A stretch of DNA of 64,000 nt from Octopus vulgaris (Eukaryota), in assembly GCA_951406725.2 (NCBI GenBank), contig OX597818.1, positions 20,460,001-20,524,000 on the forward strand. Reading direction: 5' to 3'. Of the stretch, positions 27,643 through 41,505 are shown one piece after another (position 1 is the stretch's first letter; every line of letters starts with the position of its first letter). Made by a program: the position numbers and the translations under genes. The notes beneath the pieces are model-generated. The model saw only the letters and a program-made list of their open reading frames with translations. It did no database searches and was not told the DNA's origin.

Positions 27643-28085
27643 TTATACATGTTTAGCTTGATGAACACAACTCACTACTCTTTCACGCCTATGGTTAATT
27701 AATATAAGTTTTAATGCGAGAATCTGGTAGATTTCTTCGATACATGTTCACATCTTTTATTCCCTCTGCTGTAAAGTTTTGACAGGTTAACTATTTTCCA
27801 GGTTAGTGTATTGTCCTAATTTTTATCTTTAATTGACCAAATTAGTTTACTTAACCACGTGCTGTTTTCTTATTTCTATCCTTAAATGTCTTTTTGTGAT
27901 TAGCAATCCTTCTTTTTATATACTTTTTTTGTTGTTCCTATATAATAATATACCTGCCCATCTGATGTACCTTACATCTATATAATTGCTTTAGTTTGCA
28001 TTTAGAATCGAGCGGACATCGCCTTTGCTTGGTGCAGTCACACATTTAACTTCTAGGAACACTTTCTATATCTTTAGTTGCCAGC
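27643..28085 (-). pseudogene. Penelope-like (Neptune-type) Cys-rich linker plus GIY-YIG endonuclease relic
   Basis: Manual translation across frameshifts gives CDCTKQRRCPLDSKC, YRCKV, YYYIGTTKK, KRRIANHKKTF, LSKLIW, LTWKIV, KRC, CIEE and INHRRE..SCVH. Confidence 0.8.
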
Positions 28086-28100
28086 CTATTATTATTATTG

Positions 28101-28156
<56 letters not shown>

Positions 28157-28394
28157 ATCTTTCAATTCCGTTTCCATTTCTTGCCGGGTGTTTTCCTGAT
28201 ACCTAGGACAGAGAAAAGTATTGTATACATTGGTAGGCCATTAAAATAAACATATCAGATTGTACATTTACAAATTTATGTGATAGAGAAAAAGTGGAAG
28301 ACCGAAAGAAAAAGGGAAAAATAAACAAATAAACAAGTAAACGAATAAAATAAAGGGCAAAAAGGAAAGAAAATTCATAGTGACAATGCTCTTT

Positions 28395-30232
28395 TCAATA
28401 CGTGTGACGTACCAGTTAAGACAATATTTTGCACTTCCTGCATGGATGGTAAGCCAAGAATCATTCTTAAATAGTTTTCAGTTCCTTTTTTTGATCATTC
28501 CAAGTGTTCCTACAATCACTGGTATTGTAATCATCTTGAGATGCCACATCTTTTCGATTTCGATTAGCAAATCTTATATTTTTCGAGCTTATCAAATTCT
28601 TTTGCCGAGATATTATAGCCACAGGGCATGCTCATGTCAATCAATAAACAGACTTTGTTGTTTTGGACTTTCACAACCCAATGTGCCGATACTGCAGCGT
28701 TGGGATAGAAATAGTGGACCGCCTAATCTCTGGATGTAAGGTTGTAGCACCTGTGGATAGTTCGGTCTCTATATACTGAAAAGTCCCAAAGAATAGTTAC
28801 ATTTTCTCACTCAGTTACAACCTCAGGGTAGTGTTTGCACTATCTGTCAGCAGTTTTGATTTTATAAAGCCGGCACATTATCTAATGTAGATATTGGCCA
28901 ACTGTGTCCTGTCTTGATTTGTACTCTATTTGGGTCTATACTATTTTTCATCACATTGGTTCGATAGTTCTGGTTCAATAAGCTCTGATCTTGGACAGCC
29001 AAGATAAAACCTTCACTCACTGCCTTTTAGCCCTGAGCTCCGTAACTACTGATGGGTGTGCTTCTGGTCTACATCAGTTTGTTTCCTATGCAGAGGTTTT
29101 TGTTCCCACCTATCAGCCAATTGTTCAAACGCATTTTGCTTTGCTATTGATTTAACCTTCTTTGCAATTACAGTTGCTGCACTTCCACCATGCTCTTCAA
29201 CCTGGTTATTATGCATAAACTCACTTGAAAATTTTTTCTCTCCTTCATAACAGAGTGAAGCTTCTTACGTCTTTCATGGCTTTCAATGAGCTTTAACATC
29301 CAGTCGTTAGATGTTTCATGATATTTTGCCAGTCCAACTGTGGTGGTTTTGTAGATTTCAAATTGGATCAAGCCTCGACCTCTTTGAGCTCTGAGTAGGT
29401 AAAGACGATCACTATCTGCCTTTTGGTGGTGCACCTTATTGCAAGTCAGCAGTTTACGGATTTTCCTGTCAATCTTCCCTATTTCGCTCATATTCCGGCT
29501 CAACACATTGAAACTATAAATAACAACCAGAACTGCTTAGGAATTTATAGCTAACACGTTGTTACGTGCATTTAACTCGGATTTTAGGACTGCTCGATCT
29601 CTCCTGTAACACTCCTTCCTGATCTTCTCTTTCATGCTTGCACGCTGAATGCCAGAGCCCTCATTTATTCCGAGGTATTTGTAGGTTTGTTCCTGCTCGA
29701 GTTCTTTTATGATTGTGTCAACACCCACCACCAGTGTATGTGAGGTTTTCAATTTCCCTCTCTGGAAAGTGGCTATGGCACACTTATCAAGACCAAATTC
29801 CATCCCGATGTCATCACTGAATACTTTCAAAGTACGCAGTAGTCCTTCAAGCTCATTAACGTTTTTGCCACAGGGTTTTAAGTCATCCATATAAAATAGA
29901 CGACTTATTTTCTTGTTGCCAACTTTATATCCATACCCTATTCTGTTAGGTTCACTTGTAAGGGGTATTAGGGCTATGTAGTAAATTAAAGGTGTGAGTC
30001 ACCTTGCAAAATACCGCAGTTAATATTAATATCTTTTGTGGTCACTACTCCATTAGAGTGATATAACTGGAGATTCATATTCGACATTGATTTGTTGTGT
30101 TTCAGGAAGTTTGAAATCACAGGAGAAATTTCAAAGATGCCCAGATCATGAATACGGTATGCTGTCGAAGGCCTTTTTATAATCAATCCATGCAGAACTG
30201 AGATTTTATTCTTGCTTCGGTATTTTGACAAA
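28395..30232 (-). mobile_element. Degraded R4/Dong-like RLE LINE (RT and RLE remnants)
   Basis: GILQGDS, LFYMDDLK, DIGMEFGLDKCA, YKYLG, RLYLLRAQRGRGL and ILWDF, with many stops and frameshifts. Confidence 0.9.
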
Positions 30233-30669
30233 GGACTGTAATGTTTGATGTGTGTGTGTGTATGTTCTTTTAGTGAGAGAAAGAAAGAGAGAAAGAAAGA
30301 AAGAGAGACAAAGAGAGAAAGAAGGAGGAGAAAAGGAGAGGGAGAAAGGAAGAGAGAGAGAGAAAGAAAGAGCGAGAAGGAGAGGGAAAATAAACAGATA
30401 AAGAAACTCAGAGATGGTATCTGGTTTTAGTTTCACTTTGAGGACAAACAAAGAGACAGAATCTCTGTGATGTAACATGGCAGAGAGACAGACAGAGAAT
30501 ATAGAGGGGGAGAGAGAATAGAGGAGACATAGAAAGAAAATCATAGAGAGATAGTGTCTGGTTTTAGTTTCAATTTGTGGGAGAACCAGACAGACAGAAT
30601 CTCTCTCTTATATATATATATATAGTAACAACAACAGTAACAACAACAACAACAACAACAATAATAATG

Positions 30670-30729
<60 letters not shown>

Positions 30730-31844
30730 GTGGCAATGACGATGGTAATAATAATCATTTCTAATAAAGGCATAAGGCATCAGATTTTCGGGAGGAGGGA
30801 TGAAAGACAAAGATTATCACGGCAAGATTTGAACTTAGGACTTAAAGAAATACCACAAGACATTTTGTCCAACTCTTTCGCTATCCTGCCAACCAATGGC
30901 AACAACGAACCAGTTAAATCTGTAAATGGTCAATTTAGCTTGCTCGGAGAAGCAGCCAAATCTTCCATATGTTTTAAAAAAAAGAAGGATAACCTGTATA
31001 ATGTAATTTAGGATGTGCGAAAAACCGGCATGGAACGCTTTTGATCAGAGGTCTACCTTAATATATCAGGGCTAACTTCGGGCTAAGCAACAGGAATTGT
31101 AACAACGACGATGGCGGCGGCGGCGGTGGTGGTGGTGGTGGTGGTGGTGGTGGTGGTGGTGGTTGCGGCGGCGGCGGCGGCGGTGGTGGTCTTGACGATG
31201 ATTAATTTCTAACGAAACTAACATTGCTTAACAAAATAACTCCATTTTCAAGGAGTTAGCTACGAATAAACAGATAAATAATTAAAAAAATAAATAAATA
31301 AATAAATAAATGAATAATTCAAAATAGAAAAATGTTTTTCGAAATCTTTTGATGTCTAATCTCAACCAATTAGTTGAAAGTAAAATATATGTCTGAATGA
31401 TTTGTAATTCGACATAGCTTCCGGTATATACATTCGCGTAAAGTTTTTCTGCTCTCCATTACTATCATATGCTAACTTATCTTACTTATCCAACCAGTAA
31501 TAAATTAAGTACACCTCTATATTTTACCCAGTTTGTTTGTTTGCTTGCTTACTTGCTACTTCAGTGACCACCCGATTATCTCCGAAACTACTAAACCTAA
31601 GAAGTTTACTTAATAATTGTGACCAGGTCAAAATAATTTTTTCACAGCTAAATATTATATAAAACTATCATAAACGAAAAACAAATGTTAATATAGTGAA
31701 TTTGTGTATTATGTATTCGATGATGACTCTACCACACTGCAATTATTCAATATATTCTATTTTAACTTGTTTCAGTCATTCTACTGCGACCATGCTGGAG
31801 TACCACCTACAAGGGTTTAGTCGAACAAATACATATGGATATAT

Positions 31845-31995
31845 TTTCTCTCCTTGTTTCTTTCTGTGTTCCTTTCTGTGGAAGAGCGTAAGCTCGAAAC
31901 ATTAAATACTTTTTCACTTCCCGAGCGTTAAACTAATACGTCCGTTTGTTGTCTACACCACCGGTCTTCGTCTTTTTTTTCGTGAATTCTCCCTA
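31845..31995 (+). mobile_element. Short PLE-terminal-type repeat with hammerhead-like motif (copy 2)
   Basis: TTT-CTGTGGA-A-GAGC(GTAA)GCTC-GAAA-CA-TT-AAA at 31872-31907. Confidence 0.7.
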
Positions 31996-32012
31996 TATAT
32001 ATATATATATAT

Positions 32013-32362
32013 ACTTGCTTCAGTCATTGAACTAAGACCATGCTATTTTCAAGGGTATCAGTTAAAAAATCGCCTACAGTACTTATATTTAAATCCGATT
32101 TTTATTCTAGCAGTCTCTTTTGTCGAAATCACTTAGTGGGAATGTAAACAAACCAGCACCGGTTATCAAGGGGGACAAACACAGACAGAAAGGCACGTTG
32201 AGGCACGTACATAAACAAATACCGACTAAAATAACTCACAAAGCTTAGGTCTGCCCGGGGCCATAGTAGAAGGCACTTAACTGACGGACTAAGAAATAAG
32301 ACTGAACCCGGAACCACGTTGTTGCTAAAACGAGCTTCTTAACGACACAGCCATGCAGGCGT
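32013..32362 (-). mobile_element. Degraded CORE-like SINE
   Basis: Reverse match (GACTGAACCCGGAACCACG...CACAGCCATGC). Confidence 0.7.
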
Positions 32363-32472
32363 AGGTATGTGCGTGTATGTATGAGTGTGTGTGTGTATGT
32401 GTGTGTGCGTGTGTGTGTGTGTGTGTCTACGTTGTGTGTGTGTGGGTGTGTGTGTGTGTCTACGTTGTGTGT

Positions 32473-32511
<39 letters not shown>

Positions 32512-32573
32512 TGTGTCTATATGAAGTGTTGACGTGTCTATATCTAGTTAGTGATGGTAGATAGTATATTTAC

Positions 32574-32710
32574 CAATGCGATTATTCTTAGAATCAGCAT
32601 ATCAGCAGAGATAAACAATAAAATATTGGTTATCTCTGCCGACCAGTTTCCATCTAAGATCACTGAAAATGTCGTAACATGCCTGGAAGATATCTTATAT
32701 ATGCTTTCAA
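32574..32710 (-). other. Candidate exon (137 bp)
   Basis: Acceptor ATTTTTCAATTCCAG and donor TTG/GTAAAT, in unique sequence between microsatellites. Confidence 0.35.
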
Positions 32711-33134
32711 CTGGAATTGAAAAATGGTAACTTTAATTTTTATTGTATTTTTCTTTCTTTCTTCTTTTTTGTTTTTGCTTCTTTATTTCATTTCCTTCCA
32801 TTCCTTACATATACATTATATGAATACATATATGCACATATTCACACAGAAATATTTCTGATGTTATATATATATATATATATATATATACAAACACACA
32901 TACATACATACATACATACATACATACATACATACATACATACATACATAAATACATACACATACATAAATGCATGTATGTGTGTATGTATGTGTATAAA
33001 TATATACATGCGTACATATATGCATATACATGTATGTATATGCACACAGACACCTCACATGCACGTACTTACACACACATACACACACACACATATATAT
33101 ATATGTGTGTGTGTGTGTATATATATATATTTAC

Positions 33135-33165
<31 letters not shown>

Positions 33166-33779
33166 TGTATGTATGTATGCATGTATATGACGTTCTTCTT
33201 CAACTTCAAGTCACCATTTTTCTCTGACTTGTGTCAAGGTCGTTCCAGCTGTGACCATCCCGTCCTTTTTGTAAACTGAATTAATTTTACGAACGAGGGG
33301 ACACTTTCACAGTTGTTGGACCCGCTCGGTAAAGCAGCCAGATGCGCTCAAATGATTCACAATCGTCACAGGATAATTTCGATTATGGAGACATACTAAA
33401 GCACAGGATGGCCAAGTTTGGAATGTCTTTGATTCATGCTTTTGCGTTTGTCCGACTGGACTTGACATGGTACTAAACATATCCATCCCTACCACCACCA
33501 CCATCATTGCCACTACCATTAAGACTCGTACCGTTTCTGCAACTATCACCATCATCACTACCAACACCAATACCGCCAACAACATTCTCGTCGATACTGC
33601 TGCCGTCAGTACCAACATTATCACAACCATACCTGCTACTACCATCAGTACTATCAGCACAAGCACCAATACAACTACCAACATCAGCATAAACACTATA
33701 GCTTGAACTAGCACCATCATTACATCATTACTACTGCCATCCTCACTACAACCATCATACCCTTGCAACAGCCTGGCTA

Positions 33780-34700
33780 ATAATTCTTTCTATCATAGGC
33801 ACAATACTTGGAATTTTATAGGGAGGGAGTTAATCAATTATATTCGACTCTAGTGCTGAACTGGTATTTATTTGATCGACCACGAATGGATGAAAGACAA
33901 AGTCAACTTAGACGACACTTGAAATCAGAACGCCAGAACGTAAAGCTGGAAGAAATGTTGCCAAGCATTTTGTCCGGTGTTCTAACGATTCTACCAGCTC
34001 GCCGTTCCTTTGCTCGGTTAATAATTCGTTATGCAGTAGACACAATGCATAAAATATTCTTTTCTACTCTAGGCACAAGGCCTGAAATTTAGGAGCAGGA
34101 GGCCAGTCGATTAGATCTACTCCAGTATGCAACTGGTATTTAATTTATCGATTCCGAAAGGATGAAAGGCAAAGTCGACCTCGGCGGAATTTGAACTCAG
34201 AACGTAACGGCAGACGAAATACGGCTACGCATTTCGCCCGGTGTGTTAACGTTTCTGCTAGCTTGTCGCCTTACAAGGCATGAAATATTGAGGGATTGAC
34301 CCAGTCGATTACAGTCCTCAACTGATATGTATTTCATCGACTCCAAAATGATTAAAGACAAAGTCGAGCTTGGCGGAATTTGAACTCAAAACAACAAAAC
34401 ATAAAAAGGTACGAAATGCCGATAAGCATTTTAGTCCAGTGTGCTAACGATTCTGCCAGCTCACTGCCTTAGTCAAGTTAATAATGATTTCAATTTTTGG
34501 CACAAGGTCAACAATTTCGGGGAAGAAGCTAAGTCAATTAGATCGATTCCAGTACTTAAGTGGCACTTATTTTATCAACCCTGAAAGGATGAAAATCAAA
34601 GTTAACCCCGGCAGTATTTGAACTCAGAACGTAAAGACGGATGAAATACCGCGAGACATTTTATACACTGTGCTAACAAATCTGCCAGCTCGCTGCTTTA
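33780..34700 (-). mobile_element. Head-to-tail cluster of four Nin/Deu-like SINE copies
   Basis: GATGAAAGGCAAAGTCGACCTCGGCGGAATTTGAACTC-like block recurs at about 33890, 34160, 34350 and 34590. Confidence 0.85.
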
Positions 34701-35739
34701 GCCTGGTTAATAAGATAATCAAGCTCTACAGTTTCTACTTTCACTTTCATTACCACTGTTTAATCCTATTGTATTTCCTGTTAACTATTATCTACGCTAC
34801 TTCACAACTAACACCTCTATAATTTACCATACACTGTCATTTACAACACCACCAATAATATTCCTATTACCCACTATACACTGCACTTCCACTAACAACG
34901 TTGCTATTAAATATCACCAGACTGTATTACCACAACAGAAGATAACGAGCGAGCCTCACACCACACAACACCAACACAAACAACACACGCCACTAACACC
35001 ACACAACCATCACCACCACCACCACTAACAACAACAACAACAACAACAACAGCACACGCGTCTACAACACCACCATTGCTACAAACACAGCAACGTCAAC
35101 ATCAACAGCCTCAGAATGGCCGCCCGGCCAGTAAATCTCCCTCAAATTATACCGTAAATAAATGGATCGTGTGTCAAATTCATTGTATTATATAGCGTAT
35201 GTGATTGAGTATGTCATAGGCACGTGCACACGTAATGTAATCACAAGGCAAAACCAGCGAGTGATACAGGAGGTCATCTAAATTACAGGTACAGTTATTC
35301 TGGCCTTCCAATGACCTTCCACAGAATTTCGTCTATCCAAATTTCACTGACAATAACTTGGGTTCAATCCGAGGTTTACGGTAGTAGACACTTGCCAAGG
35401 AGCTGCTGCTCTGTAGAATAGAACACAGCAGCTTGTTATTGGGAAAGGGAATCTTTTAACTACCCAGCTATGCAGCGATATAATCACATTGCACTCCCTT
35501 AAAACTGGAAGGATATATTAAAAATTGTAATCTTAGATACTATATGTTAAATAATACCATGTTATGTATCTGTAACCGTGTGCGTAGTTGTGATTGTGTT
35601 GTGTTTGTGTATGTGTATGAATGGGGATGTGAGACTAAATTTATGAGTAAAAAAACTGTTTATGTCGTATGTGAGTGAATTTGTGCGTAAGTGTATCAGT
35701 ATATATGGATATGGATATGCATGTATATATGCATGTCAT

Positions 35740-36290
35740 TACATAGTTTAATTTCAAGATTTCTTGCCAATAGAGAGAGATAGAGAGAGAGAGATCGTTT
35801 CTAACCTAGATCCAAGGCTCATTCTTTACGAATTTCAACATCAACAGGGTATTTTTGCATGTATGTATATGTGCAGATTTGTATGTTTTTTAATGTATGT
35901 ATTTTCATGCATATAGTTGCATGTCTAGACATGCTCATACATACTTAAATGATAAATTTTGGGAAAGTTTTACAGATTTTTACAGTTCCAATGTTGGCTT
36001 AGATCTGTAGTCTTCGAATCAGCTTCCTCCTTTCTGGTTTTGAGAAGCCTAATTTCTCAAGATAAGTATTTAAGCAGTGTGTTACATACCTTGTGCTCCA
36101 ATAATTACCGGTATCAACTTCAACTTGTAATCTGGATAGAATAGCTGTGGATTCCTCAATAGTTCAGCGTAGGTATTTTCTATTTCTCTGATCATTAGCT
36201 TTATGTTAACATCCGCTGGGCAGCTAATTTCCACAACTGTACAGAGTCTCTCTTCTCTATCCCAAATCCCCATGTGAAGTCTATTGCGTA
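35740..36290 (-). mobile_element. RLE LINE 3' end (endonuclease relic and 3' UTR)
   Basis: IWDREERLCTVVEISCPADVN...IPVIIGA. Confidence 0.75.
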
Positions 36291-36296
36291 TGTATG

Positions 36297-37922
36297 GGGG
36301 TCCGGACAAAATCCCTCTAAGACAAAAGCCCCTCGACCAAAAGCCTCCAGGGAAAAAACCCTTAGGACACAAGCCCCATGGTTATATTTTTCCGTTATTT
36401 TTTCGTTTTTAGAATTTTAAGTTGAAAAAAGTTCTGGGGTATCAACCCCAGAACTTTTTTTTTACTTGTTGCAGTTATTAGACTGCGGCCGGCCATGCTG
36501 GGGCACTATCTTGAAGAATTTTTAGATGGTTGTATGGAACCCAGAATATTTGTTAAAGCTTGATCAGACCACTTCTGTGATATAATTCATTTTTGCTTTT
36601 CTTTTTACTTGCTTCAGTCATTAGACTGCAGCCATGCTGGGGCACCACCTTCGGGAATTTTTAGTCGATTGTATCGACCTCATAGATGATATTCAACCAG
36701 CGCATGAAGTTACGCCTAGAAGGTTTCTCGACATGCTGGAAATAACAGCCAAATCTTACACATTTTTAAATACACCTCACCTGGTTATATTTTTTAGGTG
36801 ATGCTTTAGGTGATATTCGATCAGCACATCGTTAAGCCTAGAAAGTCTCTCCACATGTTAGAAATAACAGCTACATCTTACAATTTTTTTAATAATTTCA
36901 CGTAAACAAAAACGGAAAAAAATTTTTTCAAAATTTCAATTTTTAAATAAACAAAATATATTCAAGCGAAAAATGGTGTCAAAACATCTATATCCCTCAC
37001 AATGGTATGTTCCGTGTGTTCAATTATTTTCCTCGTTTTTAGAATAATTTTGAAGTTTGAAAATGAAAATAAATCAACCTTAACATCAATAACAGAATGA
37101 CCAAACACAAGACTCCTTACTATTCAATATACATATTGTCTGAATTCTAACAAAAGGGAAAGCATTTACTTCCAGAAATGTGTTGAAACATAAAAACGAA
37201 AAGTACGTTTGAATGACTATATATATACACACACAAAATGAAAGTAAATATTACACGTTTTTTTCTTCACAAAAAAACAGAATTTGTCATTTTTATGGAG
37301 AAACACCCATCTTCCTATTTAGGCAAACGATAAGAAGTATGTTTGAATGACTAGCCTTCTGTTAGACCTTCAAAGGCCGGAGAAAATTCAAAAGGTCAAC
37401 TTATCAGCGGTGGTGCCCCAGCATGGCCGCGGCCTTCGGGCTAAAACATTTTAAAGGATTTAAGGATTTTTATTAATCTGTAGGTGCTGAGAGAAGAAAA
37501 AAAGACATTAAACATATACTTTAAAATGCTAATTTTTCTACGACCAAAAATTCTTCAAGCTAGTGCCCCAGCATGGCCACAGTCCAATGACTGAAACAAG
37601 TAAAAAGATTTTTAGGAGATTAAAAAATGAGGGCGTTATAAGAATATTTCAAGAGATTTGGCTGTTATTTCTAGAATGTGGAGATACCTTCTAGGCTTAA
37701 CTTCATGCGCTGATTGAAAATCATAAAAAAAAATTCTGGGATCGTTACATTCGACTAAAAATTCTTCAAGGTTGTACCCCAGCATGGCCGCAGTCTAATA
37801 ACTATAACAAATAAGAGGTGAAAAAAACGAAAAAGTAATTGAAAAATATAACCTTGGGGCCTCTGTCCACTTTCACACTTTAACTACGGGGCTTTTGTCC
37901 GTGAAGCTTTTGTCCTGCACTC
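36297..37922. mobile_element. Foldback / Mutator-like non-autonomous transposon
   Basis: Terminal arrays of GGACAAAAGCCCC-like motifs in opposite orientation, long imperfect inverted arms, and 9-bp flanks GTATGTATG / GAATGTATG. Confidence 0.7.
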
Positions 37923-38204
37923 GAATGTATGTATGTACATGGGTCTTTCTCTTTGTAATGCTTATCCACTCAATGATATTTAATATCCAGGACACAGAGA
38001 AAAGTGCAGTTCATAAAACTAGTTTTCGAACTTTAAAGGCACCAAAACTACGATGAGAGAAGTTCCTTTTCCGTTAAGAGTTTTTAATTCATAAAGGGTG
38101 TTTTTCATATGTCAATCAATCAATCACCTGTGGTTATCTGAATTAATCATACATACATACATACATACATACATACATACATACATACGAAAGCAGAGGT
38201 GCAT

Positions 38205-38745
38205 GAAACAACGTTGAGTGAAGTATAGGTGTGCACAATCATATCTGATATGTTCGTAGACTTTCTGACATGGGAAAACTGTTCACTTCGGAAATAGACG
38301 CTGAAGAAACTTCTTCTCATAAACAAGATATATGAAAACACCTCACTGGACTCTTAAACACGTTATCGGGCCATAAAATGTATGTGTTTCGGCATCATTA
38401 TGCTTCATCAGTCGAGGACACCAAATCAATCGTTCATAGCTCACTAAGAACGGTTGTTCTTAGCTATAAAAACAGCAAATAGTACATTTGCTGATGTGCA
38501 CAAAGCTTGAGAATAGTGGCGAACGAAGCAACGTAGAATGAAGTATGTGTTCTTCAAAGACTGATGAAGTACAATGATGCAGAAATACATGCATCCTACG
38601 GCCTGATGACGTCATTCATAGTCCTATAACGTGTGTTTTCATACATAACGTCTATAAGAAAATTTTCTTCCGAAGTTACTTCCACAGCAAAAAGTCTCTT
38701 CCTACGTCCGAGTGGACACGAATGTGTTAAATATGATTGTACACA
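38205..38745. repeat. Old unclassified repeat with internal inversion, related to 13500-14053
   Basis: 38545-38745 is a diverged reverse complement of 38230-38420. Confidence 0.45.
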
Positions 38746-39004
38746 ACTCCATGTGTGTGTGTGTGTGTACATAGATCCATACATAGAAACACAGAAGCAC
38801 ACATACATATATATAAATATATATGGGCGTATATATTTGCCGACAGTTGTTTGTTTTGATATGAGTATATTGTTAAGGGTATGTATATATGTCTACGCAT
38901 ATACGTATGGGGGTGTGACTACCTGTCTACGTGCATATATACGAGAAGTGAATATCAATATGTGTGTGTATATGTGTGAAAGGTGTAAGTGTGTATACAT
39001 ACAT

Positions 39005-39058
<54 letters not shown>

Positions 39059-39206
39059 ATATATACATACACACACACACACACCTATATATATATATAT
39101 ACATATCAATCCAAACAAGAACATGCAAGAAAAAATAACGCGAGGACGTGGTACAAGTACTGTGTTATTGGACGCTCAGGAAAGGAAAGAAAAGAAAGAG
39201 GATACA

Positions 39207-39300
<94 letters not shown>

Positions 39301-39508
39301 TGGTTATGCTGTTTGTTGTGAAGAATGGTTAATAGTCACAGTTTAACGGCTAAGTGTGTTTGATGGTAATAAAAGGCAATTGAAGTTGTGACTCTCACCG
39401 CTACTAGAACGCCCCCTATTGTAATAGGAAGCGTACAGAATAAAAAGCTTCCACACTTGAAAACTCCCACAAATCTCACTAAAGAGGCACTCACTAGTCA
39501 GTGTCGCA

Positions 39509-39571
<63 letters not shown>

Positions 39572-40034
39572 GTTGTAATATCATTGTCAGTAAGAAAAGT
39601 AGAAGCAATGAATTGGTCTGTTCGCTGAAGCGGTCACAGAGAAAGATTTCCAACCCCTTTAACCGTTTTTGTTGTTCCCCTTCAACTATTTATACACACA
39701 TACATACGCACGTACGATCATACAAACACATACACACACACATGCAATCACAGAAACAAAGATATGTACATACATATACATATGCTCTTAAGTACTCATA
39801 CACATACGCTTACGCAGGTACAGACACGAGAAAACGATTTGAGAGGCCCCTCCCCACAAAAAACGTGAAACACGGATCAATGACGGCGTAAATGGTAAGA
39901 TATGAATAAATAAAGAAGCTCTACTACTCACATTATGTACTCTTTCCTTTCATTTACCTGAGTGGCATATACAAACGTACGGCTTGTATGTATGTATGTC
40001 TGCGTGGAAGTTGCTATGTATGTATGCATGTATA

Positions 40035-40180
40035 GGTGCAAACATGGCTGTGTGTTTCCTAGCAAAATGGTTCTGGATTCAGTCCCAATGCATGGTACCT
40101 AGGCAAGCGTCTTCTACTATAGCCTCTGGCCGACCTAAGTGTTATGAGTGCATTTGGTAGACGGAAACTGAAAGAAGCCC
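40035..40180 (+). mobile_element. CORE-like SINE 5' half
   Basis: GGATTCAGTCCC...GGCAAGCGTCTTCTACTATAGCC...GACGGAAACTGAAAGAAGCCC. Confidence 0.8.
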
Positions 40181-40183
40181 ATG

Positions 40184-40233
<50 letters not shown>

Positions 40234-40878
40234 CTATATATATATATATATATATATCAGCGAGGTGACGTCATTTGAAGGCTAAAACAATACAAAGGCG
40301 TTTTGTGGATTGTGGCCAGCGATGTGTAGCAACATATGCTTGCCTGGTCGGTCACGTGATCGTGTGACGTGATATAGGTTTCAAAAATTAAGCAGAAACA
40401 ACAAAGTGACAAACGGAAAATTCACACACGGGACATAGACATACACTTTCCTTGTCAATTGTCGTCCCAAACATCATTACAGTTTCACACATTTAACGAT
40501 AATTAATTCTGTAATGCAATTATTCTTTTTTTCCAACTTCAAATTGAATTCCAACTGCTCACCAATTTGTCCCAAAGTTCTTATCTCGACGTAAAATTAA
40601 CGAAGAGAAATGTCATTTATCTCACCCCTTGATCTCTGACGTCATCTGACATGCGCCAATCAAGATGGCGTGAGTCACCCAAGCTTTAACTGCTAGAAAT
40701 AGCAACATAAATGCTTTTAAAGCAGATACCAAAGCAGGATGTTCAAGAACCAAATGAAAGACATATTTTCAATCGTGGGATCATCCTGATTCCCAAAAGG
40801 TATAATATATCTACGTAGAGCAAAGGTATACTGAGATACAGAGGTCTCAGACAGATAGACAGGATTCCGCTTTTTTAT

Positions 40879-40949
<71 letters not shown>

Positions 40950-41022
40950 ATATATCTATACTATAAAAATTGGATTTAATCCTAACTCTGATTTTTCCCT
41001 GTAAGTTTGGATTTATTCCCTA

Positions 41023-41083
<61 letters not shown>

Positions 41084-41220
41084 GTTTTTTACTGAGGAAC
41101 GCCAGTTTATGGGGTTACCCTGGGTTTCCTGTCCATAAAGGGTATAACTTTATGGCGTATCGTCAAAGCCCAAGACCTGATAGCCTAAAACCTTTCGCAC
41201 TCTCTCTCTCTTTATATATA

Positions 41221-41297
<77 letters not shown>

Positions 41298-41434
41298 CGG
41301 AGATGTATTTGCATAGCAAGTGACTTGATCTGAGATCGTGTGCTGGAACGAACACAATTGCAGCGTGGAAGGTGTTTATAAGCCATTTAAGAAACACGCG
41401 AAACCGTTAGATTCACTTCAACATATAAATTGAA

Positions 41435-41485
41435 TTTGTCAAAATATTTTCGTCGCTTTGAGACCGCGACCTGTTCACTGACAAA
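41435..41485 (-). ncRNA. Minimal type I hammerhead ribozyme motif, G3:C8 variant
   Basis: Reverse strand reads UUUGUCA-GUGAACA-G-GUCGC(GGUCUCAAA)GCGAC-GAAA-AUAU-UU/UGACAAA. Confidence 0.72.
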
Positions 41486-41505
41486 ACTTCGTGCTGCATC
41501 GAAGT

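Noticed and set aside
32602-32642. 41-nt hairpin GCAGAGATAA..TTATCTCTGC as a pre-miRNA
   Set aside because: Too short, with only a 3-nt loop
33307-33768. 153-aa hydrophobic ORF resembling a membrane protein
   Set aside because: It is the antisense translation of a degenerate (ACC/ACT/ATC)n repeat
33780-34700. CRISPR-like spaced repeats
   Set aside because: The units are diverged SINE copies of about 200 bp in eukaryotic DNA, with no constant repeat-spacer period and no cas genes
38385-38590. CTGATGA-A-GCAT(AATG)ATGC-C-GAAA on minus (38387-38411) and CTGATGA at 38561
   Set aside because: No palindromic helix III or helix I, and the homologous segment near 13660-13700 lacks the motif
41092-41168. 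CTGAGGA followed by an ACGCCA/TGGCGT stem
   Set aside because: GAAA is absent after stem II; at best a deleted relic
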